Below, one piece after another: positions 13,133 through 26,080 of a stretch of 64,000 nucleotides of DNA. The notes under the pieces are model-generated. The model ran no database searches. It was not told the origin of the DNA and saw only the letters and a program-made list of their open reading frames with translations. How positions within the stretch are numbered: the first letter of the stretch is position 1; every line of letters begins with the position of its first letter. Source of the DNA: the human T2T-CHM13v2.0 reference genome, Homo sapiens; NCBI RefSeq assembly GCF_009914755.1, contig NC_060931.1; one strand, given 5' to 3'. A program made the translations under genes and the position numbers.

Positions 13133-15046
13133 GAGCCAGGAATGGTATTGCTTTCTCAGTGCCTATGAGGCTTTATCAGTGAGACTAGCACTGTTTTTGT
13201 CGTTAGTTTCACCTTGCAGTATAAATGCATTGGAAAGTCTTCTCCAGTAAATTTCAAAAGTGTCTAAACAGCTGGTCCTTTAGAAATATATTTTTGCTGA
13301 CATATATTTATCTTAATGCAAAATTTATAAAAGAGAAAGGTAAATGCTCAAATGTGTTCCAAATGAAGGCATTCTCATTATAGACATTTTGCCTATTTTT
13401 TTGAAAACATTATCAGGCAGAAAACTGAAGTTTGAAACATGGCATGATAAACTTTGCTCAGTGTCTGGAAATCTGCTTGAAGTGAAGCCTACTCCAGGTG
13501 ACAGTGAGTTCTTGATAGATTCCATGGTACTACCTGATGGTATTACCTGAGGAGAGTAGCGGTAACAGTATAGGCTTTACTCACCTTTCCTTCCTCTGTT
13601 CTCATCTCTTATTAAAATCTCCCATCATACAGCTTTTCCCAAAGTGAGAATTTCACAAAATGCAAGCTTTGTAAGCTCTTCTAGGAGAACAACTAAAAAT
13701 GGGCTGTGTGTTCAGCAGTTGTGAGTCCAACTGGGAGCTCCCTTTGGGGAGGCATAACACATTCCTGTCTAGTATAGCCCATATTGTGTGCTTCTTGCCA
13801 CCATTTGCCTGCCTGGAGGTGACAGATTCATTTCCATCAATTACAAATATATTTTCTTAAATGGTGATCATTTTGGGTACTGCCAAAATCCTTATGAACA
13901 CTGGCAAGTCAGCCTTTTTTATTGGTATTCTCTTCTGAATATTTAAACACAGACATTCATCGTTTTTTTTATTTTTAATGGACACCTTCCCCTGTCTTCA
14001 AGAGTTTAAACTTTATAGCCTCATTTGTTGTGCCACGCGCAGCAGAAGAGCTTTTAGTTGATTGTTGTCAAGGGCTCAGTAATTTGATTGAGGAGATTCG
14101 AAGATTTTGAACAACAGTCTGGTTTAGTTGAATGCATCTTCTCTAAGTCATGGCAATTCTCTCCTTGCAAGTTTAACACTCTGTGAATAAAGTCATTTCA
14201 TCAATATCACCCTCTCCACTTGGAGGAGAATCTGATTGAATTGATTTAGAGACAAGAGAAGTATCCTTGAATTTCCTAATATTTCCATGCTGTGCTCTTT
14301 GCTGTCATTAATTTGCTGATTTAACCCTATACTTCTGACTACTTGACTTCATGCCTGGCAGACAATCCTGCCCCCCAGACCCCAAGGTGCAGGCTTTGGC
14401 TTAAGTGTTTGGTATGAGGGACTGTGTTATTGTCCTCCAGGGTGTGATTTCTACGATGAGGTTTCCTGTTCTACATTTTGCTTTCTCCTTTCTGAGTTAG
14501 GTGTGAGGATTGAAAAGAGGACCAGAATAAAATCTTGTCTGTTCACAGTTGAAAAGGTGCCTAATGCCAGCTGGTCCAAAATCAATCCAAATTTCTAATG
14601 CTGTATAACCCAGAACAAAGCATCTAAATTTAAATATCTATTTTTCTATCACTATCAGTATACATTATTATATATAATACAAACAAAAAATTTTGTATAA
14701 ATCTTTTAATTTTAATTTACAATGCAATTCACATATTTTTTCTGAATTACTATTTTATTAAACTATTACAATTAGAATTTTTTTATTTTCAGGGAGTAGA
14801 AAAGATAAGTTTCACAAAAATGGGATTTGTTTCCTGAATAAAAAATTGTTGCAAGCTCACTAAAGTAAATTCTAATATCATGGAAAGGTAAAATAAGAAA
14901 AATAACCTCCCCAGAAATCCTATGATTAAGAGACAAGAAAAATTTAGTTTTATGGTACACACACATTTCATAAAATTAGAAGCATACTGTTTTTAAATAT
15001 ATTCTACAGGTGCTTAAATATGAGCAAGATTTTTCCCATGGGATTA

Positions 15047-15362
15047 CGGTCATCCCTTTGTATCCATGGGGAACTGGTTCCAGGAGGCCCTCACATACCA
15101 AAATCTGAGGATGTTCAAGTCCCTGATATAAAATGGTGTAGTATTTTCACATAACCTATGCACGGCCTCCTGTGTACTTTAAATAATCTCTAGATTACTT
15201 ATAATATCTAATACAATCTAAATGCTATATAAATGGTTGCTGTGCTATATTTGTTTTTATTTGTATTGTTTTTATTGTTGCACTATTTATTTATTAAATA
15301 TTTTTGATCTGCCATTGGTTTAATCTGTAGATGCAAAACTTGCAGCTATGGAGAGCTGGCTG
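15047..15362 (+). mobile_element. MER2 (Tigger MITE)
   Basis: cggtcatccctttgtatccatggggaactggttccagga...caagtccctgatataaaatggtgtagtatt...tggagagctggctg, preceded by TA. Confidence 0.85.
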
Positions 15363-15587
15363 TGTCTAATTTTTAATAATAGAACCCTATTATATGGGAT
15401 ATTTTTAAGGAATATACCTATCATAAGAGAAAATAATGCATATATTACTATTTCTATCATCCTTTGGTGTTTTTACATCTTTTAATTCCTTTTATTTCTT
15501 TCCTATCTGCTTACGTATATTTTCTTTAATTATTTTAAAATTTTTATTGACATTTAGAAATCATACACTTACATTTAAATTGTTTTA

Positions 15588-15941
15588 CGTATTAGTCTGT
15601 TCTTATGCTGCTAAGAAAGACAAACCTGAGACTGGGTAATTTACAAAGAATAAAAGGGGTTTAATGGACTCACATGACTGGGGAGGCCTCACAGTCATGG
15701 CCCAAGACAAAGAAAAAGCCAAGAGATGTCTTACACGATGGCAGGCAAGGGAGCATTTGCAAGGAGACCCCCTTTATAAAACCATCAGATCTTCTAAGAC
15801 TTATTCACTATTATGAGAACAGTATGAGAAAGACCTGCCCCCATGATTCAATTACCTCCCAACGGGCCCCTCCCACAACATGTGGGGATTATTACAATTC
15901 AAGGTGAGATTTGGATGAGGACACAGAGCCAAACCATATCA
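15588..15941 (-). mobile_element. THE1A/B-type solo LTR
   Basis: gtattagtctgttctt...tttataaaaccatcagatc...gccaaaccatatca. Confidence 0.9.
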
Positions 15942-16776
15942 GCTAATTTAGGGATTATTTTTGTAACAAACTTACTAGTATTAGCTAACATCCACAGAGA
16001 GATGTGATTTAGCTGATAGCTTAAAAATTATCAACATTGAAAATAAAATGTGTCTATGAACCAGAATATAAGATAAATGCACCTCCTCACATCTCTCATG
16101 GGTACTTTTGGTACAAGCTGGGATTATCTTATTTATTAATGTTTAACTGTGTATCTTCTCTCTCAAAAAAAATCAAATCACTTTTGACTCTTTTGTTTGG
16201 AAGCACACTCAAATCAATTATTTAGTCCTTATTTGTTTAGCTTGTTGCCATGGTCACAGTTACCCATTTTATATTGTAACACTACGATTCTTGAGTTTAA
16301 AAAAATTGATTCAAATTTTCCTAAGCTCAAGTATTCCTAGGGATATTTTCATGAAGGGCATATTGAGGGCTTAATTAACAGATCTTTAGATGTCTTGGAA
16401 CATGTTTTATTGCCTGCACACATGAGTTAAGACTTGCCAGTTCCCTTCAAACTCTTAGATATTGTATCATAAGATTCAGTTATATCCATGTTTTAAGTAA
16501 TAATCATGTCAATGAAAATAATAATAAGGCTAACTGTGTGGAACTGAAAACCGTCTACCGGATAGCCATATCCATTTGTGCCCACAGGCTTCCTTCCAGC
16601 TTCGGGCACCTACCCTTCAAAATCGTCAGGGATCATCTTTGAGAGTCACCTTCCCCAGTAATACATCTATTGTCACACCACCAGAACCTTCCAGTGCTTT
16701 ACTGGCCCGGTCCTCTCCCCATGCCACGGACATCATTCCAGCAATGAAGCCTTAGCCTTCAGGTGTCAGCATCAGG

Positions 16777-17255
16777 TTTTTTTCTCTCTCTCTTTCATTT
16801 GTATAAATTTATAAGCATAAATGCAATTTTGTCACATATATAGATTTCATAGTCATCAACTCAAGACTTTAGGGTATCCATTGCCTGAATAATGTACATT
16901 GTACACATTAAGTAATCTCTCATCTTCCACTCATCCTCCCACCCCATCATCTTTTTCAGTCTCCGTTGTTTATCATTTCACACTCTACATGCATGTATAG
17001 ATACTATTTAGCTCCCACTTATACGTGAGAACATGTGATATTTATCTTTCTGTGTTTGAGTTGCTTTGGACCCCAAGTTCCATTCATGTTGCTGAAAAAC
17101 ACATGATTTCCTTTTTTATGGCTGAATAGTATTCCATTGTGTATACATAGCACATTTTCTTTATCCAATCATCTGTTGATGGACACTTGGGTTGATTCCA
17201 TATCTTTGCTATTGTGAATAGTGCTGCAATACACATATAAGTGCAGGTATTTTTT
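16777..17255 (-). mobile_element. L1PB4-like 3' end
   Basis: ctttagggtatccattgcctgaataatgtacattgtac...tttagctcccacttatacgtgagaacatg...gctattgtgaatagtgctgcaat. Confidence 0.85.
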
Positions 17256-17289
17256 TTAATATATTAATATTTTCTCTTTCTAATGAATG

Positions 17290-18676
17290 GCCACTCTTAC
17301 CTCCCCACTTCTTGCCTTATTTCCCTGTTCTCCTTTAGCGTCAGTTCTTCAAAATTGCTCATTGTCTCAGAATTCTTTCCACCACTTCTCTTTCAAACTT
17401 CATACAGCAGGCATTCACTTCCACCATTGCCAACGTCACCAAAAACTTCCATGCTGTTAAACACAATGGTCACGTCTAAGTCCTCATCTTAGTTGCACCC
17501 AAGTCATCATTGAATGCAGCTAATGGCTCCTGCCACCTTGAAATCTTTCATCAAATAGTTTCTAGGATACCACACTGATTTTTCCCTAGCTCACTCATCT
17601 CTTCTTGTCCATATATATTTTCTTTATACTTTGTTGTACCCTCATCTAAACTCTTGATGCTAGAATGTCTCAACTCCCCATCCATGAAGATCCATATCAC
17701 ACCAGACTCATAGATCAGCTGTTGACATTTTCCCTCAAATGTCTAATTGGGCATCTTGTCTATACAATGGCCAGAAGGAATATCTTGATTCTTCTGCCTC
17801 AAATCTGTGGTCCCATCTCCACATTCTTCCTCTTCTTAGCTGGTAGCAACTCTGACTTTGTTTGATAGATAAATAGGTCATGGAGCCATTTTGCTTTTCT
17901 TTCTTGCATACCCCATATCCCACCTATCAGCAAATTCTCCACTTTCAAAGCATGTCCAGAATCTCTCTCAACCTCCACCTCTATCACTCTGCTGCAATCC
18001 AGTGTAATGTCTTCATTGGGATGCTGTCATAATCTCTTAACTGGCCTTCCTGCTTCCGGCCTTGCACTCTATCCCTACCCCGATCCATTTCCCGCATGGC
18101 AGCCATTTAATATCCTGTTAAAATGTACTTCAGGAAACATCATTCCTGTATCTTCTAAATGACACTGCAGCACCTGGTCTCCTCTGGTATCCTCATCACT
18201 GGGCCTCTTATGGTCTCCCTCGCTCCTTCTCCGGCAGCCACTCTTGCCTCTGTGCTATTTCTGGAACAGGGCAGGCATCTGATCATTCCAGAGCTCCTCC
18301 CCTCTGATTCCTCTCCCTGGGATGGTCTTCCCCTAGATATCAGCAGAGCTTTGTCCTCCCCAAACCCTTTCAGTTCTTTATTCAATATCACCTTCCAAGC
18401 AAGGCCTTCATTAAATTTGTTTCAAAATTCACAACTTCTGCCTCCTGCAATTCCCTATTCTTTTTCTCTGCTTTATTTTGCTTCCCAGCACTTATCGCTT
18501 TCTAGTTTTACTCCAAGTTTTGCTAATTTTCTCTGCCCCCTCCCTCCTCTCACCCATCATAATGTAAATTCTATAAGGGCAGAACATATGTTTCTTGGAT
18601 TAATTCTTATATTGCCAGAAACTAAGATCAGTACCTGGCACACTCTAGGCACTTTGTAAAATTGTCAAATGAATTT
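17290..18676 (+). mobile_element. L2 (L2a-like) 3' portion
   Basis: Pyrimidine-rich L2 body ending cagtacctggcacactctaggcact...aaatgaat. Confidence 0.75.
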
Positions 18677-19271
18677 AAGGTATCATATCACAGTGTGCTG
18701 TACACATGTTGTTCTCACAGCGTGACAAATACAAAGCGACAAAAAGAACATCTTTCAAAATTGTCAGTGCACTGCTGAATGTACGGACAAACCCACGTGG
18801 GGATTCCAGCAGAAATCGAAATTCCACTGACTAAGTGAAGGTGAAGCCACGTGAAGCCTCCGACTCTTCCCTTACTCACCTCCCCAACCCCTCACCTTCT
18901 AGTGGGCCTGAGTCACCTTCTCTCCTTGGCTTCTGTCTGGGGGCTGCCTGCACCGATTCGGTACGTTCAAATTGGTCTGTGGACATCCATCTCTTACATA
19001 TAATCATGTTTCAGAATGTCTACTTCCTTACTTTCTTGAAATCCTAAAGAGAACACCATTTTATGTGTTAGTGTATGCTTTGAAGAATTCCTTTCCTATT
19101 TATAATGAGTATTATTTTTCTTTTTTCTGTAGACCCAGGGTATGTCGGTCACCATTCATCCACCTTCTAATCTTTCCAGAAAGAGGAGTGGTCCATTCAG
19201 CTCTGGGCACGTGTCTAAATGGAGAGCCAGATTCTCATTATTCTCCTGGTCATTGGTAGACTCTTTCCTTT

Positions 19272-19550
19272 TTTTTTTTTTTTTTGACGGAGTCTCACTT
19301 TGTTGTCCAGGCTGGAGTGCAGTGGCACGATCTCGGCTCACTGCAAGCTCCGCCTCATTTTCCTGCCTCAGCCTCCCGAGTAGCTGGGACTACAGGTGCC
19401 CGCCACCACGCCCAGCTAATTTTTTGTATTTTAGTAGAGGCGGGGTTTCACCATGTTAGCCAGGATGGTCTCGATCTCCTGACCCTGTGATCCGCCTGCC
19501 TCGGCCTCCCACAGTGCTGGGATTACAGGCGTGAGCCACCACACCAGGCC
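19272..19550 (-). mobile_element. AluY with a ~13-bp internal deletion
   Basis: Y diagnostics gcaagctccgcctc and ttagccaggatggtctcgatc; ccgggttcacgcc is missing. TSD aga(c/a)tctttccttt at 19258-19271 and 19552-19565. Confidence 0.93.
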
Positions 19551-20596
19551 CAGAATCTTTCCTTTACATTTAAAGTCAAAATTTGAGGCTTCTGGTCCAG
19601 TTCCTGATTTCACTCATTCATTTATTTTGTGTTGATCTGACAGAGGAGATAGTTCCTCTTGTGCTCTGCAAGAAAGTGAGAAATTCATTGTTTAAGTGTC
19701 TGAAAGTATTCATTTTTTTCCATATAGAAAAAAGTGAATGAACAACTACAGTCTTCAGATTGCAAAAACATATCAAACCTATTTATCTTTTTGATTGTCT
19801 TCAAAATCTTGAATATAAAGTACCACGACATAGTTACTTTTATCCTTGGAGTTGTTCTCTGAATTGGATTTTTGTATGAAGGACTGATGCATAAAAACAC
19901 GGATTTATAGAGAATAAAGGGTATAGACTCTGAAGAAGAAAAAAGCAACTTTCTTTTTTTTTTTTTTGGAACTTAAGATGTTTTATTTTCTTGTTATTTT
20001 CCTCTTATAGTCTCCTCAGCTGTGAGCTAAAACGCTGCTGCTCCATATGGGTTATGCATACGCTGTCATTTGGCCCCTCTTTCTGAATTTTAGGACTCTA
20101 TAAGTCATTACATCCTTTTGTTCCCATTCTGTGATGGCATTCACACCCCTGCAGCAACTTGCAAGGGATCAAATGTTCTTTATTAAAGCCAGGTGGAAAA
20201 CCTCCAAGGTATCTTAGAGAAAAGCAGCAGCAGAAGGAGAAGACTTGGTCAGGTCAGGAGGAACGGCCCAAGAGAGGAAGAGGCTGCTGTCATCACCCTA
20301 GCCTTCTGAGGCATCTCCACCCTAGCTTCCTAGTCTCCTCTTTAAAATTCTGGCGCAAAGCAGACAAAATCTCTTTCTTTTTCCATGTTCTCTCTAGCAC
20401 ATATTTGATGCAAAGAGAACAAGAAAGACACCGAAAAGTATATGAAATAATTTACATTAAAAATAAAAATTTTCATTTTACCCTAAACTCACATACAAGG
20501 TTCCTGGGCTCTGTGCCATTGGGTGTATTCTCTTTAGATAATTATGCTTAAATCTCCAAAGCTTCATATGGCACCTTGCTTCTTAACTCCTACTCT

Positions 20597-20826
20597 GCTT
20601 TTTAAATAGTTATGGGTAGATAATAGTTGTATACATTTATAGGGTACATGTGACATTTTGATGCAAGCATACAATGTGTGATGATCAAATCTGGGTAACT
20701 GGGATATCCATCACCTCAACTGTTTATCATTACTTTGTGTTTGGTGCATTCCAAATTCACTCTTCTAGTTATTAATATTTTGAAATATACAATAAATTAT
20801 CATTAACTATAGATGTCCTATTGTGC
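20597..20826 (-). mobile_element. L1MA-type 3' end
   Basis: atttatagggtacatgtgacattttgat...atccatcacctcaa...ttttgaaatatacaataaatt. Confidence 0.85.
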
Positions 20827-20847
20827 AGACTCTTCTATTTCATTGGA

Positions 20848-20924
20848 GAAAATAAAATTGGAATCAGTGTGTTCAATCAAGGGAATCAAGGGAAAATAAA
20901 ATTGGAATCAGTGTGTTCAACCAA
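20848..20924. repeat. 33-bp direct duplication with an 11-bp spacer
   Basis: gaaaataaaattggaatcagtgtgttcaa(t/c)caa at 20848-20880 and 20892-20924. Confidence 0.9.
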
Positions 20925-21961
20925 TAATTCATCCCTGTATCAGAAATTGTACTATATTTAAATACATTTATGATTTTCCTCCCAAAATCAATTGTTTTTA
21001 CCATACCACATATATATTAGGTTTTCTTTCAGATAAAACTTTTCAATAAGGAAATAGTAGTTAAACTATCTTTTTCTATCATTAGCAAACCACATGCAAC
21101 ATTTCTTCAGCAGGTGAAAAACAATGTTAGGGTTTTTATCTTTTATGGAACACTTTTAGAAACTCATCCCAATTTGAAACAAAACACCAGGGAAGTGTGC
21201 TGAGCACTCTGAGGTATACCCCAAAGCACAGTTGCCATGATCATTATCATGTCTGTTCATATTAACCCTCCCCGGAATATTTCTGTGAAGCCACAGCAAA
21301 AAAACACACTTGAGACAGAAGCACATTTTAAAAGCAAAATTCAAAAGTTGGGGCAGTCCCTGGGGCTTGATTCTACGGCAGATAACATTAAAATGGTACT
21401 TTGTGTGCATTGGGCAAGGGAGTGGTGGCCTCGCTAATCACATAGCCCCGCAGGGCTCAGCATTGGCATGGCTGCTGTTATTCCACCAATATGCAAAAGT
21501 AAGACCCCAGACCTGCAGATGTGGTTTCAGATATCTCACCAATAATTCTAAGCACGGACTATTAGAAAGTGATTAACAACTCTATGTGCTTTCATCTCAA
21601 GACTGTTATTTTCTCTTCCTCGCGGGGACAAAGCCCAGGCAGCTGTACCCTGTTATTCATGAAGCTGTGGTAAAGTAGCTGGAGATTTTGCCATCTTAAT
21701 CGGCTCCATTTCAGTGAAATAATAAATGCATGGGGGAAATTTTAGAAAAGAGAGGAAGAAAAATAATACTACAATCCAAAGCCTATGGCATTAAGCAAAT
21801 CTTCACTTCCCAAATGTTTAATTCATAAAGAGCAACAGGTGGCAAAAAATAAAAGTTTATTCACACACACACATATCTGTGCACAAAGACCCACATTCAT
21901 AATTGAAGGCAGTTATTTTGTCTTGGGGTACATACACATATACATACCTGACTCTGTCTCT

Positions 21962-21964
<3 letters not shown>

Positions 21965-22015
<51 letters not shown>
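21965..22015. repeat. (TA)25 microsatellite
   Basis: Uninterrupted TA run. Confidence 0.98.
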
Positions 22016-22022
<7 letters not shown>

Positions 22023-22060
22023 CAGTTATTCATCACTTAGTGAAGTGATGAATATATATA

Positions 22061-22405
22061 CAGTTATTCATCACTTAGTGAAGAGGATACTTCTGAAAAT
22101 GTGTCCTTAGGTGATTTCATCATTGTGTGAACATCATAGAGTGCATTTACACGAACTTAGGTAGTACAGCCTACCACACACCTAGGCTCTATGGCATGGT
22201 CTATTGCTCCTAGGCTACAAAGCTTCACAGCAGGTAACTGCGTTGAACACTGTAGGCAATTGTAATACAGTGGCAAGTATTTGTGTATCTAAACGTATCT
22301 AAACATAGAAAAAATACAGTAAAAATATGGTGTGATAATCTTATGGGACCACTGTCTGTGTGCAGTTCCTCCTTTGCCGAAGCATTGTTATCTGGCACGT
22401 GCCTA
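22061..22405. mobile_element. Tigger3a (MER7A)-type DNA transposon remnant
   Basis: gaacatcatagagtgcatttacac...ctattgctcctaggctacaaa...taatcttatgggaccac, with TA flanks. Confidence 0.88.
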
Positions 22406-22770
22406 TATAATGTATGTGTGCTTTGTTTCATTTTATATATTTTCAATTTGCATAGGCTAATATAGAAAAGGTGGATTTAGAGAGTTGGTACCGTGAATAC
22501 ACAGGCAGTGTTACGCCCTTCTTTTTAATACATGTTTCATTTAAGGAGCCAAAAAAGAAAGAAAAAACAACGTGCCCAGAGAGGGTGGTATCAGAGATGA
22601 GGGAGATGCTTTAGGCATAGCGGCATCTGATTTAGTTGAAAGTGTAATTCTCTGCATGAAAACCTAAAATATTTGAAATATTTTCATCTGGGAAAGGAGA
22701 ATTTCTGCGTTGAAAATAAGATTTTTGTTTGTTAAAACTTTAAAGTTAATTTGATATTATTTGGCAAAAG

Positions 22771-23087
<317 letters not shown>

Positions 23088-24439
23088 TGGCAAAACTTTT
23101 TGAGGAGGCTGACATCCACATCTTCTAGTCTCTCTCTTTCTCTCCAGGTGCATGGATACATGTGTGCATGTCTGGGTGTATGCATGTGTTCGTATTTATT
23201 ACCACCAGTGTTCAGAAATCCTTTAGCCCTGTTCTCCTTGTTTTTCCATTCATATTTTCATGTCTAGGAAGGAAAACATGGGGAACAGAGGCCTGGGAGT
23301 GGGGAGGAGTCATGAGACCATGAGGATCCCTTTAGGAAAATGCTCTCATGACCCTTGCAGCATTTTGACTATGCACCAGGCCCCTGGAATTTCTGACTCT
23401 AGTTGAAGAGACATAGTTTTAGGGTCAGAGCTTTGATTTGATTACCATAGAATAAGGGATAAAGAAATTGGGAGTTCAACAAAGGTTTGCTTGCCTCTCT
23501 ATTCTTTTATTAATCTAGGTTTTGTTAATCGTAGAATGATGGAAGAGATAGAGATTTTTTTCCTTTCTTCTCTATAACCTTCTCTGTTTTCACTATTTTT
23601 ATCAACATTTAATTTTGAAGAAATTCAAGCATATAAATATACCACAAGAATAGTAAATGGTCATCTGTGTCCACCTTAGTTCAACAATTGAGGGCATTCT
23701 GTAATAATTGCTCTGTATGCATGTCTCTGTCAACCTATCTCTATCTGTCTATCTGCATGGAGCTAATACCCTCTAAACCAAGGAAACAATTAAGCTGCAC
23801 ACATCACATCCCATTTTATTATTAGATTTATTACTAATTTATTCTAGACTAGCCACCCTACTGTTTAATTTCAAGAGTTTGAATTTGGGGCATGTAGCAT
23901 TTGTAGACACTGAGCTCATCTGAGTGCTTCCTTGGTGGGGCCACTGACTGCTTCTCTATCCCCTGATTTTCTGTAACTGCTAAGTGTGGCTCAAAGGCTT
24001 GACGAGAATCAGACTTAAAATTTAAGTGATACTTCACAGGGAATGCCATGCACTTCATTATGTCCATATTTTAAGAACTGAGTTAAACCCCTGATTTTTA
24101 GGACTAGAAAACATGTGGTGACTCACTGTAATCATACTCTTAGTTGTGACTTTTAGTAAATATCAGAGCAGCAAGATCAACTTAAGTGCTTCCTCCTTAA
24201 AGTGAACCCCTACATAAAGCAGTCTGTGGACCCTCGATTCCCTTACTCCACGGGAGCTGCAGAAGCTTTTGCTTCTTCCCTTGCCGATACTGTCTTCACT
24301 TCCCTAGCTTGACCATCCAGAGCAAGGGGGTCACAGGGCCTTTTCAGCACAGTTGCATCTTCCCAAGTTTACAGATATTAGGGGTAAGACAGCCTGCAAA
24401 ACAGTGATTTCTAAAAACATTGTTTCCTCTTTAATTCCT

Positions 24440-24680
24440 TTTTGTTTTTTAAAATAACGTTTATTGTGCATATTTGAGGTTTACCATGTGATGTTATTTG
24501 TATACATATAGATAGGAAAATGTTATTATAGTGAAGCAGATGGACATATCTATCATCCCACATGGTTACTTTTTTGGTAACAAGAAAGGCTAAAATCCAC
24601 TTATTTAACAAAATTCCCAATACAGCATAATTTTATTAACTTGAGTCCTTAAATGGTACATTAGATCTCTAAACTTGATC
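24440..24680 (-). mobile_element. L1MA9/10-type 3' end
   Basis: gtttattgtgcatatttgaggtttac...ttttattaact...tacattagatctcta. Confidence 0.8.
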
Positions 24681-24722
24681 TGGTTTGAACTTCTAGATTC
24701 ATACTAACTCCTCTGGCTAAAC

Positions 24723-24906
24723 CAAAGGCTCTTTAACTCCAGCAAGCATCAGAATCCCCTGGAGGGCTCCTTAAAACACAGATGGTGAGCCCCACCCCAG
24801 AGGTCTCAATTCAGTAGGTATGGGGAGGGATCTGAGAATGTCTATATCTAACAAATTTCTAGGTGAGGATGTTGTTGGCCCAGGGACCACACGTTAAAAT
24901 CACTGA
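24723..24906. mobile_element. MER5A (hAT-Charlie MITE)
   Basis: gcatcagaatcccctggagggctccttaaaacacagat...ccaccccagag...tcagtaggt...gggaccacac. Confidence 0.85.
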
Positions 24907-25616
24907 GCTAAAGGATACACATTCTCACAGTGGAATTCCCTGCGAGTCATCCTTTAGGCCAAATTTATGTGTTAACAATTTGAATAAATCAGAAGTGGAG
25001 GAAGCTCAGGATTTGGTTCTAAGACCTGTACTTACATTTATGAGTTTCCACTCCACATTTAACTTCCTACTTTAATCTGTTTTCTTATTTGTTAAATGAA
25101 AATGCTAATACCAGATTATCTCATAGGCTGGAATATATAATAGATCAACTGAGATAATGTATGGGAAACCATTTTTCAAACTGTAATCAGCTAAATTCCT
25201 TAAAACACCACTGAGGTACCAGCTTCTAGATGCCACAGCTCTGTGAAACATCCTGGGAGCAAACCCAGAAACAATTAAGTGTGAGAAGACAGAAAAATCA
25301 GATTTTATTTACTTCTCAGTCATAGTGATAGAAAATATTAATGACTATTAAGAGACGGTAAGGCACAAGAGGAGAAAACATTTAGGCTGCCTACGACATT
25401 TGATCTACATTTTTCTCAATATCGAAATGATTGCCTGGATGTAAATTCGTGACCTTTGAACAGTCCAAGAATTCTCATAGCTTATACCTTTATGTGACTA
25501 TTCGTTCTAAAATGCTGACAAGCAGAATGTTGGCCCATGGAGGCTGGGCTTCAGAGTTGGGCAGACCCACCTTCAACTTCCATTCCCACCATTCATGCAG
25601 TGCACAAGCCAGGTAC

Positions 25617-26080
25617 TGTGTTAATCCATTTTGTGTTGCTACAAATTTATACCTGAAACTGGATAATTTGTAAAGCAAACAGGTTAATTTGACTCATGGT
25701 TCTTCAGGGTACGAAAGAGGAGTGATGCCAGCATCTGCTCAGCTTCTGGGGAGGCCTCGGGAAGCTTTTACTGGGATGGAGGAAGGTGAACGGGGAGCAG
25801 GCATGTCATGTGGCAATAGTGAGAAGAAGAGGGTGGGAAGGGAGAGAGGGAGAGAGTGAGAGCAGGAAAGTGAGCTACAGAGACAGAGGATAAGGTGCGA
25901 GGCTCTTTAAACAACCAGATCTCGCAGGAACTAACAGATAGAGAACTCATTCATTACTGCCAGGGGGCTGTTCATGAAGGATCCACCCCTATGACCCAAA
26001 ACTTCACACTCAGCCCCACCTCCAGCATTGGGGATGACATTTCAACATGAGATTTGGAGGGGACAAACATCCAAACTTTG
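25617..26080 (-). mobile_element. MSTB-like solo LTR
   Basis: tgtgttaatccattttgtgttgcta...tgccagcatctgctcagcttctggggaggcctc...catgagatttggaggggacaaacatccaaac. Possible TSD ggtac at 25612-25616 and 26080-26084. Confidence 0.88.

Noticed and set aside
18159-18659. 166-aa hydrophobic ORF
   Set aside because: It lies within the pyrimidine-rich L2 remnant.
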